DNA of 33,214 nucleotides from an uncultured Eubacteriales bacterium. GTDB taxonomy: Bacteria > Bacillota > Clostridia > Lachnospirales > CAG-274. This document shows, piece after piece, positions 16,901 to 25,700 of this stretch. Below the pieces are notes generated by a model. That model saw only the letters and a program-made list of their open reading frames with translations. It was not told where the DNA came from and did not search any database. Each line of letters begins with the position of its first letter. Positions within the stretch are counted from its first letter, which is position 1. Location: contig CABVEG010000001.1 of NCBI GenBank assembly GCA_902497185.1, positions 1 to 33,214 on the forward strand, given 5' to 3'. The position numbers and the translations under genes were made by a program.

Positions 16901-17547
16901 ATAAGTATATTGCTTATAGGTACAGATGCATTACTTCCATAAAGATTAAAAGCATGAGTTGAAACACTGTTGCTTGTTGGATCAGGAACATTAATATTAT
17001 AAATTTCCATATTTCTGAAAATTATATGGTGTCCTTCAGTCATTTCAACACCATGGGTAGAGCCTGAAACAGTATTTTCCTTTGCCTTTAACGTCAAACC
17101 ATCAAAAATAAGATAATTATTTTTATTAGGGTCGATTATTCTTCCCGTTGAGCTTATTTCAAAAACAGGCTTTTCTCCCGGATAAGCCTTGACTGTAAGA
17201 TAATGGTCCGCAGTACCTGATGCTCTTACAGCAATTTTCTGGTCATATATACCGCCCCTTACATAAATAACAGTTTCGGATGAAGGTATTTTCTGAATTG
17301 CATAATCCACAGTGGCATAAGGCTTGTCTATTGTGCCATATCCTGTAGCATTTACACCATCAACTGCTACATAAACTGCATTTTCTTGAATTACTCCATC
17401 TGTGGCAGAAAGACTTAAAGCTGTAGACTTTAAATTATCATCACCTGAAATGTCATCAGCAGTCATATTGATTTTAGCAAATGCAGTAACAGAAAAAGCT
17501 AAAACCAAAAATGCTGAAAATAAAAATGTTTTTAAAAATTTTCTCAT
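13903..17547 (-). CDS. secreted protein with two tandem right-handed parallel beta-helix modules, a dockerin and a C-terminal CBM-like module
   Basis: 1214 aa with a signal peptide. Two paralogous modules of about 460 aa (e.g. DQARYCVARGN...GIEIGSEE vs DQPRYCVAAGN...GIEIGSEE; YPGEKP in both) with NN-rich beta-helix repeats. Dockerin GDVNKDGNVDAKD...DFNKDGEDNILDAV (nt ~14245-14410). Thr/Glu linker. Confidence 0.8.
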   Translation of the reverse strand: MRKFLKTFLFSAFLVLAFSVTAFAKINMTADDISGDDNLKSTALSLSATDGVIQENAVYVAVDGVNATGYGTIDKPYATVDYAIQKIPSSETVIYVRGGIYDQKIAVRASGTADHYLTVKAYPGEKPVFEISSTGRIIDPNKNNYLIFDGLTLKAKENTVSGSTHGVEMTEGHHIIFRNMEIYNINVPDPTSNSVSTHAFNLYGSNASVPISNILIENCNIHDMQTGWSEALTVNGNSEYVSVINCRIADIGNIGLDFAGNFGACKNVSLDQARYCVARGNVVSNCISPNARSYGLYNDGGRDNIFDRNEVYGSSGGIEIGSEEGGKQGKQDVRNIKIINNYVHNNNEVGIAVGGYSITSSSVGYVYDVKIYNNTIVNNGESDIIVNKSDNLDYRNNIIYSKLSESTDSSYKNAIKLSFSSEYITNLNFANNIYYSPDGVNAFCFRNEDTKIFGVENWIDKTGKFVDPLFANGGMLSSESPAISFADQSVAADLGSYDAAEMPRINGTLDAGCFEYYIVENIVQHGVPMHKDKMTLYGDESFINEILKGSTKVISDNALFVSPNGSDNNAGTVDAPLKTVQRALDIVKAGQTIYLREGMYTALNTFKSSGTEGNYITLRNYPGEKPYLTMTSGNDGAILHLDGNDYIKIEGLEIGGLSSVIAQGILLDGNENHIIIRNNDIHNLLTTKPGENENGEANAILCYGEGKTEEDSINNICIENNSVHNNTTGWCESVSVTGNAKYVNIINNTVYENTNIGIDFYGNAGYCSVPALDQPRYCVAAGNEIYKSVCSYAECAGLYVDGARDIVLENNIIYDSMYGIEIGSEELQADYPVKNIIARNNLVYNNSAGGIRVGGYDKKATGYVKDTKIYNNTIVNNGQGEGGWNGELCFVKCDGIDVKNNIVYKESTEYPMIGGDLPADYVQNVKFSNNVFYNPLGEEEIYFEFAGGSAEGIAGFNSQTGGNDTFGKPVFNADYSLQSDSYGIDIGSSDVIPYMGNYVDLANNYRVINTIDAGAFEYQDGSMPTVSTTVTTTEQTTETTTAYVTKTGDVNKDGNVDAKDSAAILRIITSAAKDLSLYDLNAVDFNKDGEDNILDAVAVLNYKETAKVWNHTTGENTDNFFSVSASEKSGADIVSYDGLTLTKAIKMESKTNINFTAPNDGKLTLVTSGSGTKININDTSYTISNGVLSVNVPAGNVTVSKDSTNVFLYYMKFE

Positions 17548-17729
17548 AAATATTAACTCCTTTCACAAGTTTCATTTTACTACCATTCCGTTAATTTGTA
17601 TACAAGAATTTAATATTTATGATTTTTTTGTCAATATTGCACAAAGCCGTTACAATTAAAGATTACGTAATGTCAAAGAGTTTTACTTCCAATTTTGATA
17701 ATATTTTGAAAATTTTTCTTTATTGCAGT

Positions 17730-19004
17730 TTATTTGCTTTCTATAAATTTTAAAATTAAATCGGCTGTAAAATTTTCACCGTTGGAAACATCTATTGATA
17801 TGTTGTAATTTAAAGAATTGCCCCACATATTTCCCGTATAATAGCGATAATTGTCGCTGCGCAATTTATCCTCCTTTATTATTTTAAGCTCGGCTTCCTT
17901 TTCGCTTATATTGAGTGATTTTGAAATATTTTTTATTCTGTATTCAAGAGGAGCATAAAGGAAAACTTTTAAACAGTTTGGATTATTGCTTAGTATATAG
18001 TCGGAGCACCTGCCTATAATTATGCAGTTTCCTTTGTCTGCTATGTCATTAATCACCTTTGATTCAGCTTCAAATATTTTATCTTTTGGAGCACTTTTTT
18101 CAGGTGAATAAGCATACATTTGAGTTACCAAATCATAAAGAATACTGTTTGTCATATTCTCTTCTTTGTTTTTTACAAATTCAGGAGTGTAACCGGTTGA
18201 ACCTGCTGTAAGCTGTATTATCTCCTTATCATAAAAATCCCAGTTAAGAATTTCAGATATTTTTTTGCCTATGTTGTGTCCACCACATCCGTATTGTCTG
18301 CCTATGGCAATAACATTTATGCTTTTCTGTAAAGTGCTTTTTGAAGTTTTTGTATCTTCTTCATTTGCCTTTCCAAATAAAACAGAAGGCAAAAAGTCTA
18401 ATACTCTGCCCAAAATTCTCGCAATAAAGCCTACCAAAATTGCAGCTATAACAGTGCCCTCACGAACTCCCTCAAGTTTTTTGGAGCATATAAGTGAAAT
18501 TATTATGGCACATACAGTCATTGAAACATCAAAGGCTATTTTAGTTATACCAAAGTCTTTTTGGTAGGTTAATGATACGGCACGAACAAAGGATTCTCCC
18601 GGCAGCATTGCAACATCTGCAATAACTTCAAGAAAGACACCAACTGCAAGAACAAAACAGCCAAGTATTAAAAATATAATCTTAAATATGTAAATATTAG
18701 GGTTTAAAAAACCAAGCCAAAGCATTGTTATATCAATGAAATAACCAAAGGCTATTGATATGGGAATTTGAAGAAGATGTTCCAACTTAAAATTTTTGCG
18801 CAAAATCAGTAATTGCAGTAAAATAAGGAATATGCTGAATAAAATAGTAAAATTCCCAAGTGTAAATGGAAAGTTAAGACTTAATACATAGGGTATTGAT
18901 GAAATGGGTGATGTGCCTAAATTTGCTTTTGTTACAAGGCTTACGCCAAGTGAACTTATAAAAAGTCCGAAAAGAAAAACAATGTAACGTTTAAATTTTT
19001 CCAT
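17730..19004 (-). CDS. fusion protein: YczE/DUF6198-like membrane domain plus cytidylate-kinase-like domain
   Basis: 424 aa. The N-terminal ~205 aa are polytopic (SLGVSLVTKANLGTSPISSIPYV, YczE-like). The C-terminal ~195 aa match the cytidylate-kinase-like family (IAIGRQYGCGGHNIGKKISEILNWDFYDKEII). Confidence 0.75.
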   Translation of the reverse strand: MEKFKRYIVFLFGLFISSLGVSLVTKANLGTSPISSIPYVLSLNFPFTLGNFTILFSIFLILLQLLILRKNFKLEHLLQIPISIAFGYFIDITMLWLGFLNPNIYIFKIIFLILGCFVLAVGVFLEVIADVAMLPGESFVRAVSLTYQKDFGITKIAFDVSMTVCAIIISLICSKKLEGVREGTVIAAILVGFIARILGRVLDFLPSVLFGKANEEDTKTSKSTLQKSINVIAIGRQYGCGGHNIGKKISEILNWDFYDKEIIQLTAGSTGYTPEFVKNKEENMTNSILYDLVTQMYAYSPEKSAPKDKIFEAESKVINDIADKGNCIIIGRCSDYILSNNPNCLKVFLYAPLEYRIKNISKSLNISEKEAELKIIKEDKLRSDNYRYYTGNMWGNSLNYNISIDVSNGENFTADLILKFIESK

Positions 19005-19161
19005 AGTTATATCTCCTTTGCATTATAAAAAAACCGTTATTACGGAGTTTTTTATTTTTTATTTTATTTTGTATTTATGGTTTTAAGGTTTTATGGTTTA
19101 AATTAAGAATGAGAAATCAGATAAATAATTAAATGTGAAATTGTAAATGTCTGACAACAAT

Positions 19162-19190
19162 ATTGTATCACTGTAAACATATTATGTCAA
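19162..19190 (-). promoter_or_regulatory. sigma-A type promoter for the 424-aa fusion gene
   Basis: Minus strand: TTGACA (19185-19190), 17 nt, TACAAT (19162-19167). Implies a 5' UTR of about 155 nt. Confidence 0.45.
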
Positions 19191-19230
19191 TATGAAAAAT
19201 GCGTTTTTAAACTACACACATACCGAACGC

Positions 19231-19260
19231 AAAAAAGCATCTCAACTGAGATGCTTTTTT
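19231..19260 (-). terminator. rho-independent terminator after tRNA-Asp
   Basis: AAAAAAGCATCTCA-ACTG-AGATGCTTTTTT: 8-bp GC-containing stem with flanking A and T runs. Confidence 0.75.
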
Positions 19261-19262
19261 AA

Positions 19263-19336
19263 CGACTCGGAAGGGGCTCGAACCCTCGACCTCTGGCGTG
19301 ACAGGCCAGCGCTCTAACCAGCTGAGCTACCGAGCC
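19263..19336 (-). tRNA. tRNA-Asp (anticodon GTC)
   Basis: Hand-folded cloverleaf: acceptor GGCTCGG/CCGAGTC, D-arm GCTC..GAGC, anticodon stem CTGGC/GCCAG with loop CTGTCAC, T-arm GAGGG-TTCGAGC-CCCTT, discriminator G. The 3' CCA is not encoded. Confidence 0.93.
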
Positions 19337-19395
19337 ATATATAAAATATGTTGTAACGGATACTTAATTCCTGTTAAGTACCAGCGACAAATAAT

Positions 19396-19424
19396 AGTAT
19401 ACAGTAAACCTTAACATTTGTCAA
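19396..19424 (-). promoter_or_regulatory. sigma-A type promoter for tRNA-Asp
   Basis: Minus strand: TTGACA (19419-19424), 17 nt, TATACT (19396-19401). Confidence 0.5.
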
Positions 19425-19468
19425 GCATTTTTTTTATTTTTTTTAACCTTTTTTTACATTTATATTTA

Positions 19469-19492
19469 CACCGGAGGTTTTTACCTCCGGTG
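19469..19492 (-). terminator. GC-rich hairpin just after the merR stop (terminator-like, no clear U-tract)
   Basis: CACCGGAGG-TTTTTA-CCTCCGGTG, 9-bp stem, 9 nt downstream of the MerR gene stop codon. Confidence 0.4.
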
Positions 19493-19500
19493 CAATAAAT

Positions 19501-20307
19501 TTAACCCTTAACAACAGGGAAAAAAATTTTAGTTTCCCATTGACTTACAGGCACATTATCTACATGGCTTTTTAAATAAATTTCATAGGGCGGTGCCTCA
19601 ATTTTATAGCCGTTGGCATTTATCCATTTAACAACAGAAGCGTAAGCCTCTGTAAGGTTTGCATATGCACCTTTATGTATTGTTGTCGCACAAAGTCTGC
19701 TTTCAAGCAAGGTTGTAGCCTTTGATTTGTCCTTAATGGCAATACCCACCTCAATATTGCTGTTGTTTTCATCAAACTCCTTGTCGTGATATATAGCTAC
19801 TGCCGCCCCTGCTGTTTCTATACCTTCCCTTGCTATTTTTGTAAAAATACTGCCATAGTATTTTCCAAATTCTTCAACAGACATATTTTGTCTGCTGCTT
19901 AAAAGAGCAAGCTCATCAGATTTTTCAATATTAATAATATAATTATTTTCATATGACATAAATTCTCCCGTCCTTTCAAAATTTATAATAAGGTCATTAA
20001 GTTCAGTTAAAAGCATCTTTTTATGACCTATATCAGTTTCAATGTTATTTAACTGTTCCTTTAATTTTGAAAAGAGTACTCTTTTATCCTTTTCCGATAA
20101 AAATGCTTTTATTTCTATAAGAGAAAAACCATAGCGCTTAAGTCTGTTTATGGTCAGCATAGCTTTTAGCTGTTCTTCATCATAATACCTGTAGCCTGTA
20201 AAACTATCTACCTTTGCAGGCTTTAGCAAATCTACTTTATCATAATACCTTAAAGCTTTTATGCTTACTGAACAGATTTTTGAAAACTGACCTATGCTTA
20301 TGAGCAT
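19501..20307 (-). CDS. MerR-family regulator with GyrI-like effector-binding domain (BmrR-like)
   Basis: N-terminal MerR HTH (ISIGQFSKICSVSIKALRYYDKVDLLKP, GYRYYDEEQL), a coiled-coil linker and a C-terminal GyrI-like domain. ATG 20307 has an AGGAG RBS 8 nt upstream; the ORF track extends to GTG 20316. Confidence 0.85.
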   Translation of the reverse strand: MLISIGQFSKICSVSIKALRYYDKVDLLKPAKVDSFTGYRYYDEEQLKAMLTINRLKRYGFSLIEIKAFLSEKDKRVLFSKLKEQLNNIETDIGHKKMLLTELNDLIINFERTGEFMSYENNYIINIEKSDELALLSSRQNMSVEEFGKYYGSIFTKIAREGIETAGAAVAIYHDKEFDENNSNIEVGIAIKDKSKATTLLESRLCATTIHKGAYANLTEAYASVVKWINANGYKIEAPPYEIYLKSHVDNVPVSQWETKIFFPVVKG

Positions 20308-20339
20308 TTTTATCACTCCTTAGAATTAATTCTACATTA

Positions 20340-20370
20340 AGTATAATCTATACCCTTAGGGGAGTGTCAA
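20340..20370 (-). promoter_or_regulatory. MerR-type promoter with 19-nt spacer containing an imperfect palindrome
   Basis: Minus strand: TTGACA (20365-20370), 19-nt spacer CTCCCCTAAGGGTATAGAT, TATACT (20340-20345). The spacer core CCCCT-A-AGGG resembles the BmrR operator half-sites. Confidence 0.55.
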
Positions 20371-20426
20371 GAAATTTTATTATTTTTTTAAGCTCTTTTA
20401 CATAAGGCGGAAAATAAATAATGTAA

Positions 20427-20846
20427 TTATAAACAACCTAGTAATGCATTAGACTGCCCTAAAAGACCGCAAAGCATTTCCATAACCTTAACCTGTATTC
20501 TGTTAATATCCTCAAACAATTTATGTAATACCGAATAATCACTGTCAATGCTGTTTAGCTCAATAGACATTTGATTAAAAGAATTTTCACTGTTAATTTT
20601 TTCATTATATTCAGTTATTGCATCTTCTATTGATTGTTTTTGAACTATATAGTTTCTATACATATCTATCTGGTCATTTTTAAGATTTTTTTTGACCTTT
20701 GCATATTCTGAAAGTCTGTTATTTATCTCTTTGTCATTATTTTTTGTATATTGGAGCATATTATTAATTATATCCGTATTTGCCTTTACTGAATTAACCA
20801 TAGCTTCAACATTATTGCAGGAATAAACTTTGATCATATTTTCCAT
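20427..20846 (-). CDS. hypothetical all-helical protein
   Basis: 139 aa, Asn/Lys/Glu-rich, AGGAG RBS 8 nt upstream. No recognisable motif. Confidence 0.5.
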   Translation of the reverse strand: MENMIKVYSCNNVEAMVNSVKANTDIINNMLQYTKNNDKEINNRLSEYAKVKKNLKNDQIDMYRNYIVQKQSIEDAITEYNEKINSENSFNQMSIELNSIDSDYSVLHKLFEDINRIQVKVMEMLCGLLGQSNALLGCL

Positions 20847-20985
20847 TATATCTCTCCTTTCTCTTTAATTATATATTACCATATAATTCAAAAGAAAAAA
20901 TTAAGGCCAAATTAGGATTATATTAAATTTAGGTCAAATCCGCCAATGTATAAAGGCAACAGTATCAGGAAAAGCTAACAATGAG

Positions 20986-21453
20986 GTGAAAAATGTGAAA
21001 AAAATAATATTAATTTTTTCTCTTTTGTGTCTTATGGGTTGTGGAAAGGTAAAATCAAAGGATATGGCATTAAAGGAGGTTTTGGAAGAAATAAAGGTAA
21101 TTGCTGAATTTGAAAATACTCATACGGAAGATCTAACAAATCAGAAAATAGCGGCACAGTATGGAATTGACCCTACCTCAATTTCAGAAGGATATGTTTA
21201 TTATACAGCAAATGAGTCATCTGCTGATGAAGTAATAATTGTAAGAGCAGCATCACAAAAAGAAACAGAAAATGTGGAAAAAGCTGTTTCGGCAGAGCTT
21301 TCTGCTAAATCGGAGGCGTGGAAAAATAATGAAAAGGAAAGCAGTAAAATCGAAAAGCACATATTAAAAACCATAGATGATTGTGTACTTCTTGCAATAG
21401 GCGACAGAGCTATGGAAATTGAACAGGTATTTAATCAACTAAAAGAAAAATAG
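20986..21453 (+). CDS. small lipoprotein, DUF4358-like
   Basis: Lipobox LCLMGCG. The family call is by general resemblance only. Either GTG 20986 or GTG 20995 may be the start (GAGGTG RBS at 20983-20988 favours 20995). Confidence 0.55.
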   Translation: MKNVKKIILIFSLLCLMGCGKVKSKDMALKEVLEEIKVIAEFENTHTEDLTNQKIAAQYGIDPTSISEGYVYYTANESSADEVIIVRAASQKETENVEKAVSAELSAKSEAWKNNEKESSKIEKHILKTIDDCVLLAIGDRAMEIEQVFNQLKEK

Positions 21454-21575
21454 CTTTTGTAAAAATTTATAAAATGGCTTGTAAATTGTTTTTTCTATTG
21501 ACAAACCTCCGTATAAATATTACAATATAAGTAGTATATAGCCGTAGTGTGCCTATGGCTGGCGGGAGGAAATTT

Positions 21576-22628
21576 ATGTTGTTAAATAAAAATAAAATAT
21601 TAGCTGTTTCTCTTACTGTATTATCTGTTTTATGTACTGCCTGCAACAACACAACTAATCAGAGTACTGACACAGACAGCTTTGATAATAATGTTGCTGT
21701 TGATAATACGCATCTTCCTGATGTTAATGATGATATGGCACCTGATGATGAAGATAAAATCGAAATAAAGATCGGTCTTGTTAAAAACAGTGCCTCAGCT
21801 CTCGGTGCAGTACATCTCTTTGTAAACAGTGAGAATAATTCAGCTTACGAAAAGTATACTCCGGTTGTATACAATTCTAACGATGAACTTTATAATGCCT
21901 TTAATAACGGTGAAATAGGTGTTGCTGTATTACCACCTGATAAAGCCGCTCTTGCTTATAATAATGTAAATTGTTATGTTACTGCCGTAACAGGAGGCTC
22001 TAATTACTATATAGCTGAAAACGGCGGAACAATAAATGATATAACCGACATTAATGGTAAAACAATTACCATAAGCAATGAAGATACAATGGCTGAAACA
22101 GTGCTTAATATTATTGGGGCATATAACAATATCAGTATAAATTATAATAAAGTGGAAAGTAATGCAGACCTTGTGGCAGGTCTTAAAAACGGTACTGTTA
22201 GTCTTGCTCTTACTCAGGAGCCATATCTAAGTCAGGTTACGGGCAATAATGTAAGAAGTGCTGTTGACCTTTATGATTTTTGGAATGATGCTGTAGGAGA
22301 GGAACTTGTTACATCCTGCCTTATTATGAACAAAAATTTTGTATCTGAACAGCCTGTTGCTTTTCAGTTCTTTATGAAAGATTATAGCGCATCAGCTTCA
22401 ATAGCTAAGAGAAATACAGAGGAAACATCAAACAGCGCAAGTAAATTTGCTCTTATTGATGACTCAAGCTCAAGTAAAGCTGCTATTCCTGGATGCGGTG
22501 TTACATTTAAAACAAATGAAGAAATGAAAAAAATGCTTACTGCTTTTTATAATGCCGTTATAAATAATAATCCTGATATTTTAGGCGGCAATGTACCTGA
22601 TGATGATTTCTACTTTATTGAAAAATAA
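21576..22628 (+). CDS. lipoprotein with periplasmic-binding-protein-like fold (orphan NitT/TauT/NMT1-like substrate-binding protein)
   Basis: Start ATG 21576 with GGGAGGA RBS. Signal peptide and lipobox LCTACNN. The mature part resembles ABC substrate-binding proteins, but no permease or ATPase is adjacent. Confidence 0.6.
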   Translation: MLLNKNKILAVSLTVLSVLCTACNNTTNQSTDTDSFDNNVAVDNTHLPDVNDDMAPDDEDKIEIKIGLVKNSASALGAVHLFVNSENNSAYEKYTPVVYNSNDELYNAFNNGEIGVAVLPPDKAALAYNNVNCYVTAVTGGSNYYIAENGGTINDITDINGKTITISNEDTMAETVLNIIGAYNNISINYNKVESNADLVAGLKNGTVSLALTQEPYLSQVTGNNVRSAVDLYDFWNDAVGEELVTSCLIMNKNFVSEQPVAFQFFMKDYSASASIAKRNTEETSNSASKFALIDDSSSSKAAIPGCGVTFKTNEEMKKMLTAFYNAVINNNPDILGGNVPDDDFYFIEK

Positions 22629-22644
22629 TAAGTTATTAAAAAAG

Positions 22645-22669
22645 TCTCTGTGAAAACAGAGATTTTTTT
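22645..22669 (+). terminator. rho-independent terminator
   Basis: TCTCTGT-GAAA-ACAGAGA followed by TTTTTTT. Confidence 0.7.
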
Positions 22670-22675
22670 GTGCAG

Positions 22676-22707
22676 TAAAAAAACAGTTCCGGAAAACCGG
22701 AACTGTC
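22676..22707 (-). terminator. rho-independent terminator of the giant esterase gene
   Basis: ACAGTTCCGG-AAAA-CCGGAACTGT (10-bp stem). On the minus strand a T-run follows (A-run at 22677-22682 on plus). Confidence 0.75.
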
Positions 22708-22731
22708 TTTATTTTCTTTATTTATCAGCAA

Positions 22732-25700
22732 TTACTTATTATAATAAGCTGCCTTTTCATCGGCATCCCAATCAACTGTTGCATCTAAAGCCTCGCCAAT
22801 AACTCTGAATGGTACAAACATTCTGCTATCCTTGATTTCTGCAACAACACCATAGTTCATAGGAGCCTCAACACCATTAATTACAACAACATTGCTGCCT
22901 GCAGTAAATACAGCGGTAATATTGCCTGCCTTAATAGTTGCAGTCTTAGCTACACTATCCCAAACCACAATATCACTTGAATCAGCCTTCTCAACATCGC
23001 CGCCTGCAATAGCAATAGCAACAAATCTGAGAGGAACCATAGTTGAGTTAGAAGATGGCTGAATATATGGAGCAACGTCCATAGTATATGTGCTGTCCTC
23101 AACAACTATATCCTTGCTGTCAACAACAACCTTAATAAATGGAAGTTCAACCTTATTATCACCATCATCAGATGCTGTCTTAGTAGTTTCCTCTGTAGCA
23201 GCCTCAGCAGTAGTCTTAGCAGTATAGCCCTCTACTCTGATATAAGATGCACCTGCACCACCGCCTGATGTAGATACTCTTCTTGTAGATGTTTCAACAG
23301 GAGCCTCTGTTACAGGAGCTGATGTAGTACCTTCTGTTGGGGCAGAAGTAGTTGCCTCTGTAGATTCCTCAGGAGCTGTAGTTGTAGCCTCTGTTGAAGC
23401 AGAGGTTGCAGCTTCTGTTGTAGCCTCTGTTGTTTCAATAGTACCGCTAGGAGTAAAGCCCATATAGAATATTCTTATCTTAGAGCCTGTTACGCCTGCT
23501 GTATAAGTCTGACCTGCAGTAACAGGATATTCTCTATAATAGTAAGTAGATGATGTCTGAGCATCAAATGCTTCACCAAATACATTACCGTTCTTATTGC
23601 TGCTTATCTTAAAGGCAATGGAGAATGTACCGTTTGATGGAGCCTTAAAGCTTATAGCATCACCATTGTCTGCTGCAGCTATACAGTTATCGGCACTTGC
23701 AGCCTTGCTGTATTCATAAGCATTGCCATCAGCAGTATTAAATACATTAGCAAGGTCAGTTGTAATATTTAAGTCAATAAGTGCAGTTAAGCCGTTGCCT
23801 AAATCTGTACCTGCTGTAACACTCTTAATGTCCCACTTAACTGTATCAGTTAAGAACTGGTCAAGACCTGAAGGAGCTGCCTCTGTAGTAGTTTCTGTTG
23901 GAGCCTCGCCATCAAATGTATAAGTATAATTTCTTATTTCATTTGGTGTATATACTATCTCTGAATTAGAAGATACAGCTTCAATTACAGAATTAATTGT
24001 AGCTAAAGATGAACCTGAAAGATCACCCTTAACATCATAAGTTACAGTAAATAATCTGCCACTGTCAGTAAATGCAGGTAAAGAACTGTTAGGAGCCTGA
24101 GAGAAATCCTTATCAAAAATACAGTAAGATACCTTAATCTTACCTAACTCTGACTGAGTCTTAACACCGTCAGCATTAGGGAAGTCCTTATTGCCTGATG
24201 CAGGAACATTGGCAAACTGATTTTCAATATTGGCTGCATTGGCTGCATTAGCCTTAACCTGTGCACCAGATGCATCAATTATATCAATAGCAATATCACC
24301 TTCCGCAACAGATACAGGAGTTAATAAATCAGGATTAAATGTAAAGAACATCATATAGTTGTTAAAGCCCTTGCCTGTACCGTTTACAACATTGTAATCT
24401 ACAACAAGCTTTCCGCCTTCATTGCTTACAACAACAGGTTCAATACCAATGTAATCACTAACAACTGCTTCCGTAGTTGTTTCTGTAGTTGTTTCATTGT
24501 CAACAGGAGTATCTGCAAGTTTAGCTAAAGCTCCATTAATATAAGTATTCCAGTATTCACAAGGAATTGAAGTATCAAAATCACCTTCAGCATTTTTGCC
24601 ATAACCTGTAAATACACCGCTGTTATTTACAATAAATTCAGTATTGCCCTTAGCATCTGCAATATACATAGACTTTGGAGCAGTAATTGCATTAGCAAAG
24701 CCTAAAGAAGAATTTTGGATCATTTCAGCCATATCAGCAGCAATCGCAAAGCCGCCTAACTTAGAATGATGAGTCTTTTCGCCTGCTGAGAACAATCTTG
24801 CCGCAGTAGGTGAAGGATAATCACCGCTTACAATATTTCCTGCTGCGCTGTCTGTCTTATAAGCATCTTCATACATAGCCTTAGTCCATGAATAAAGGTC
24901 AATACAAAGAATATTGTTATCCTCTGCAACCTGCTTTGTAGCAGTTACATATTCATCATTATCACCGTGATGTGACCTAATTGTACCATCACTTTCAAAA
25001 TACATTCTTGAAACAGGAGTTACAAGAACAGGAGTAGCACCAACAGCCTTAGCTGCATCTACATACTGCTGTAAATACCAACAGAATGAGCCTGTGCCTG
25101 AATCTGTAGTATCTGACTGAGGAGTGTATGGGAACTTGCCGCTTGCATCAGGAGTGCCTACAGGAACATATCTGTCAGCATAGGATGCTGATGAATCGTT
25201 ATGACCAAACTGAATGAATAAGTAGTCACCCTTAACCATCTTTTCTTTAATCATATCCAGATACTTGTCACTGCCATCAGCCTTAGTACCGTTCATAAAT
25301 GTTCTGGCACTTCTGCCGCCCTGAGCATAGTCCATAACCTCATATTTGCTGTTATCTACAAAGTAACCAAGGAATTCACCCCATGAACCTTCATTAAGGT
25401 TAGCTCCTGAATTGTTAATAGCACCTGCTGAGTAATCCTTAACAGTTGAGTCACCTGCAAGGAATATAACAGCCTTGCCGCTTGGTCTATCAGTATCAAT
25501 GGTACCTGAACCAAGAGAAATTTCCTTTTCTGTTACAGTAGACTTAGCCTCACCGCTAAGACCGCCTACAACATAAGGAGTTACTGTAGCCTTTAACTTA
25601 GAACCAATCATATCTGCCGTAAGCTTAACACCTGTGTTAGCCTGAGCAGTTGTGTTCTTAATAACTGTTTCAGTACCATCAGCAGCTATTAAAGCATAAG

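Noticed and set aside
23170-23445. Repetitive DNA in the giant gene (reiterated GAAACAACT/GAAGCAACA-like units) as a possible CRISPR or tandem-repeat locus
   Set aside because: The repeats are in frame and encode Thr/Glu/Ala-rich interdomain linkers (TETTTEA motifs). They are irregular in length and have no spacer-repeat periodicity. No cas genes or CRISPR-like arrays occur anywhere in the window.
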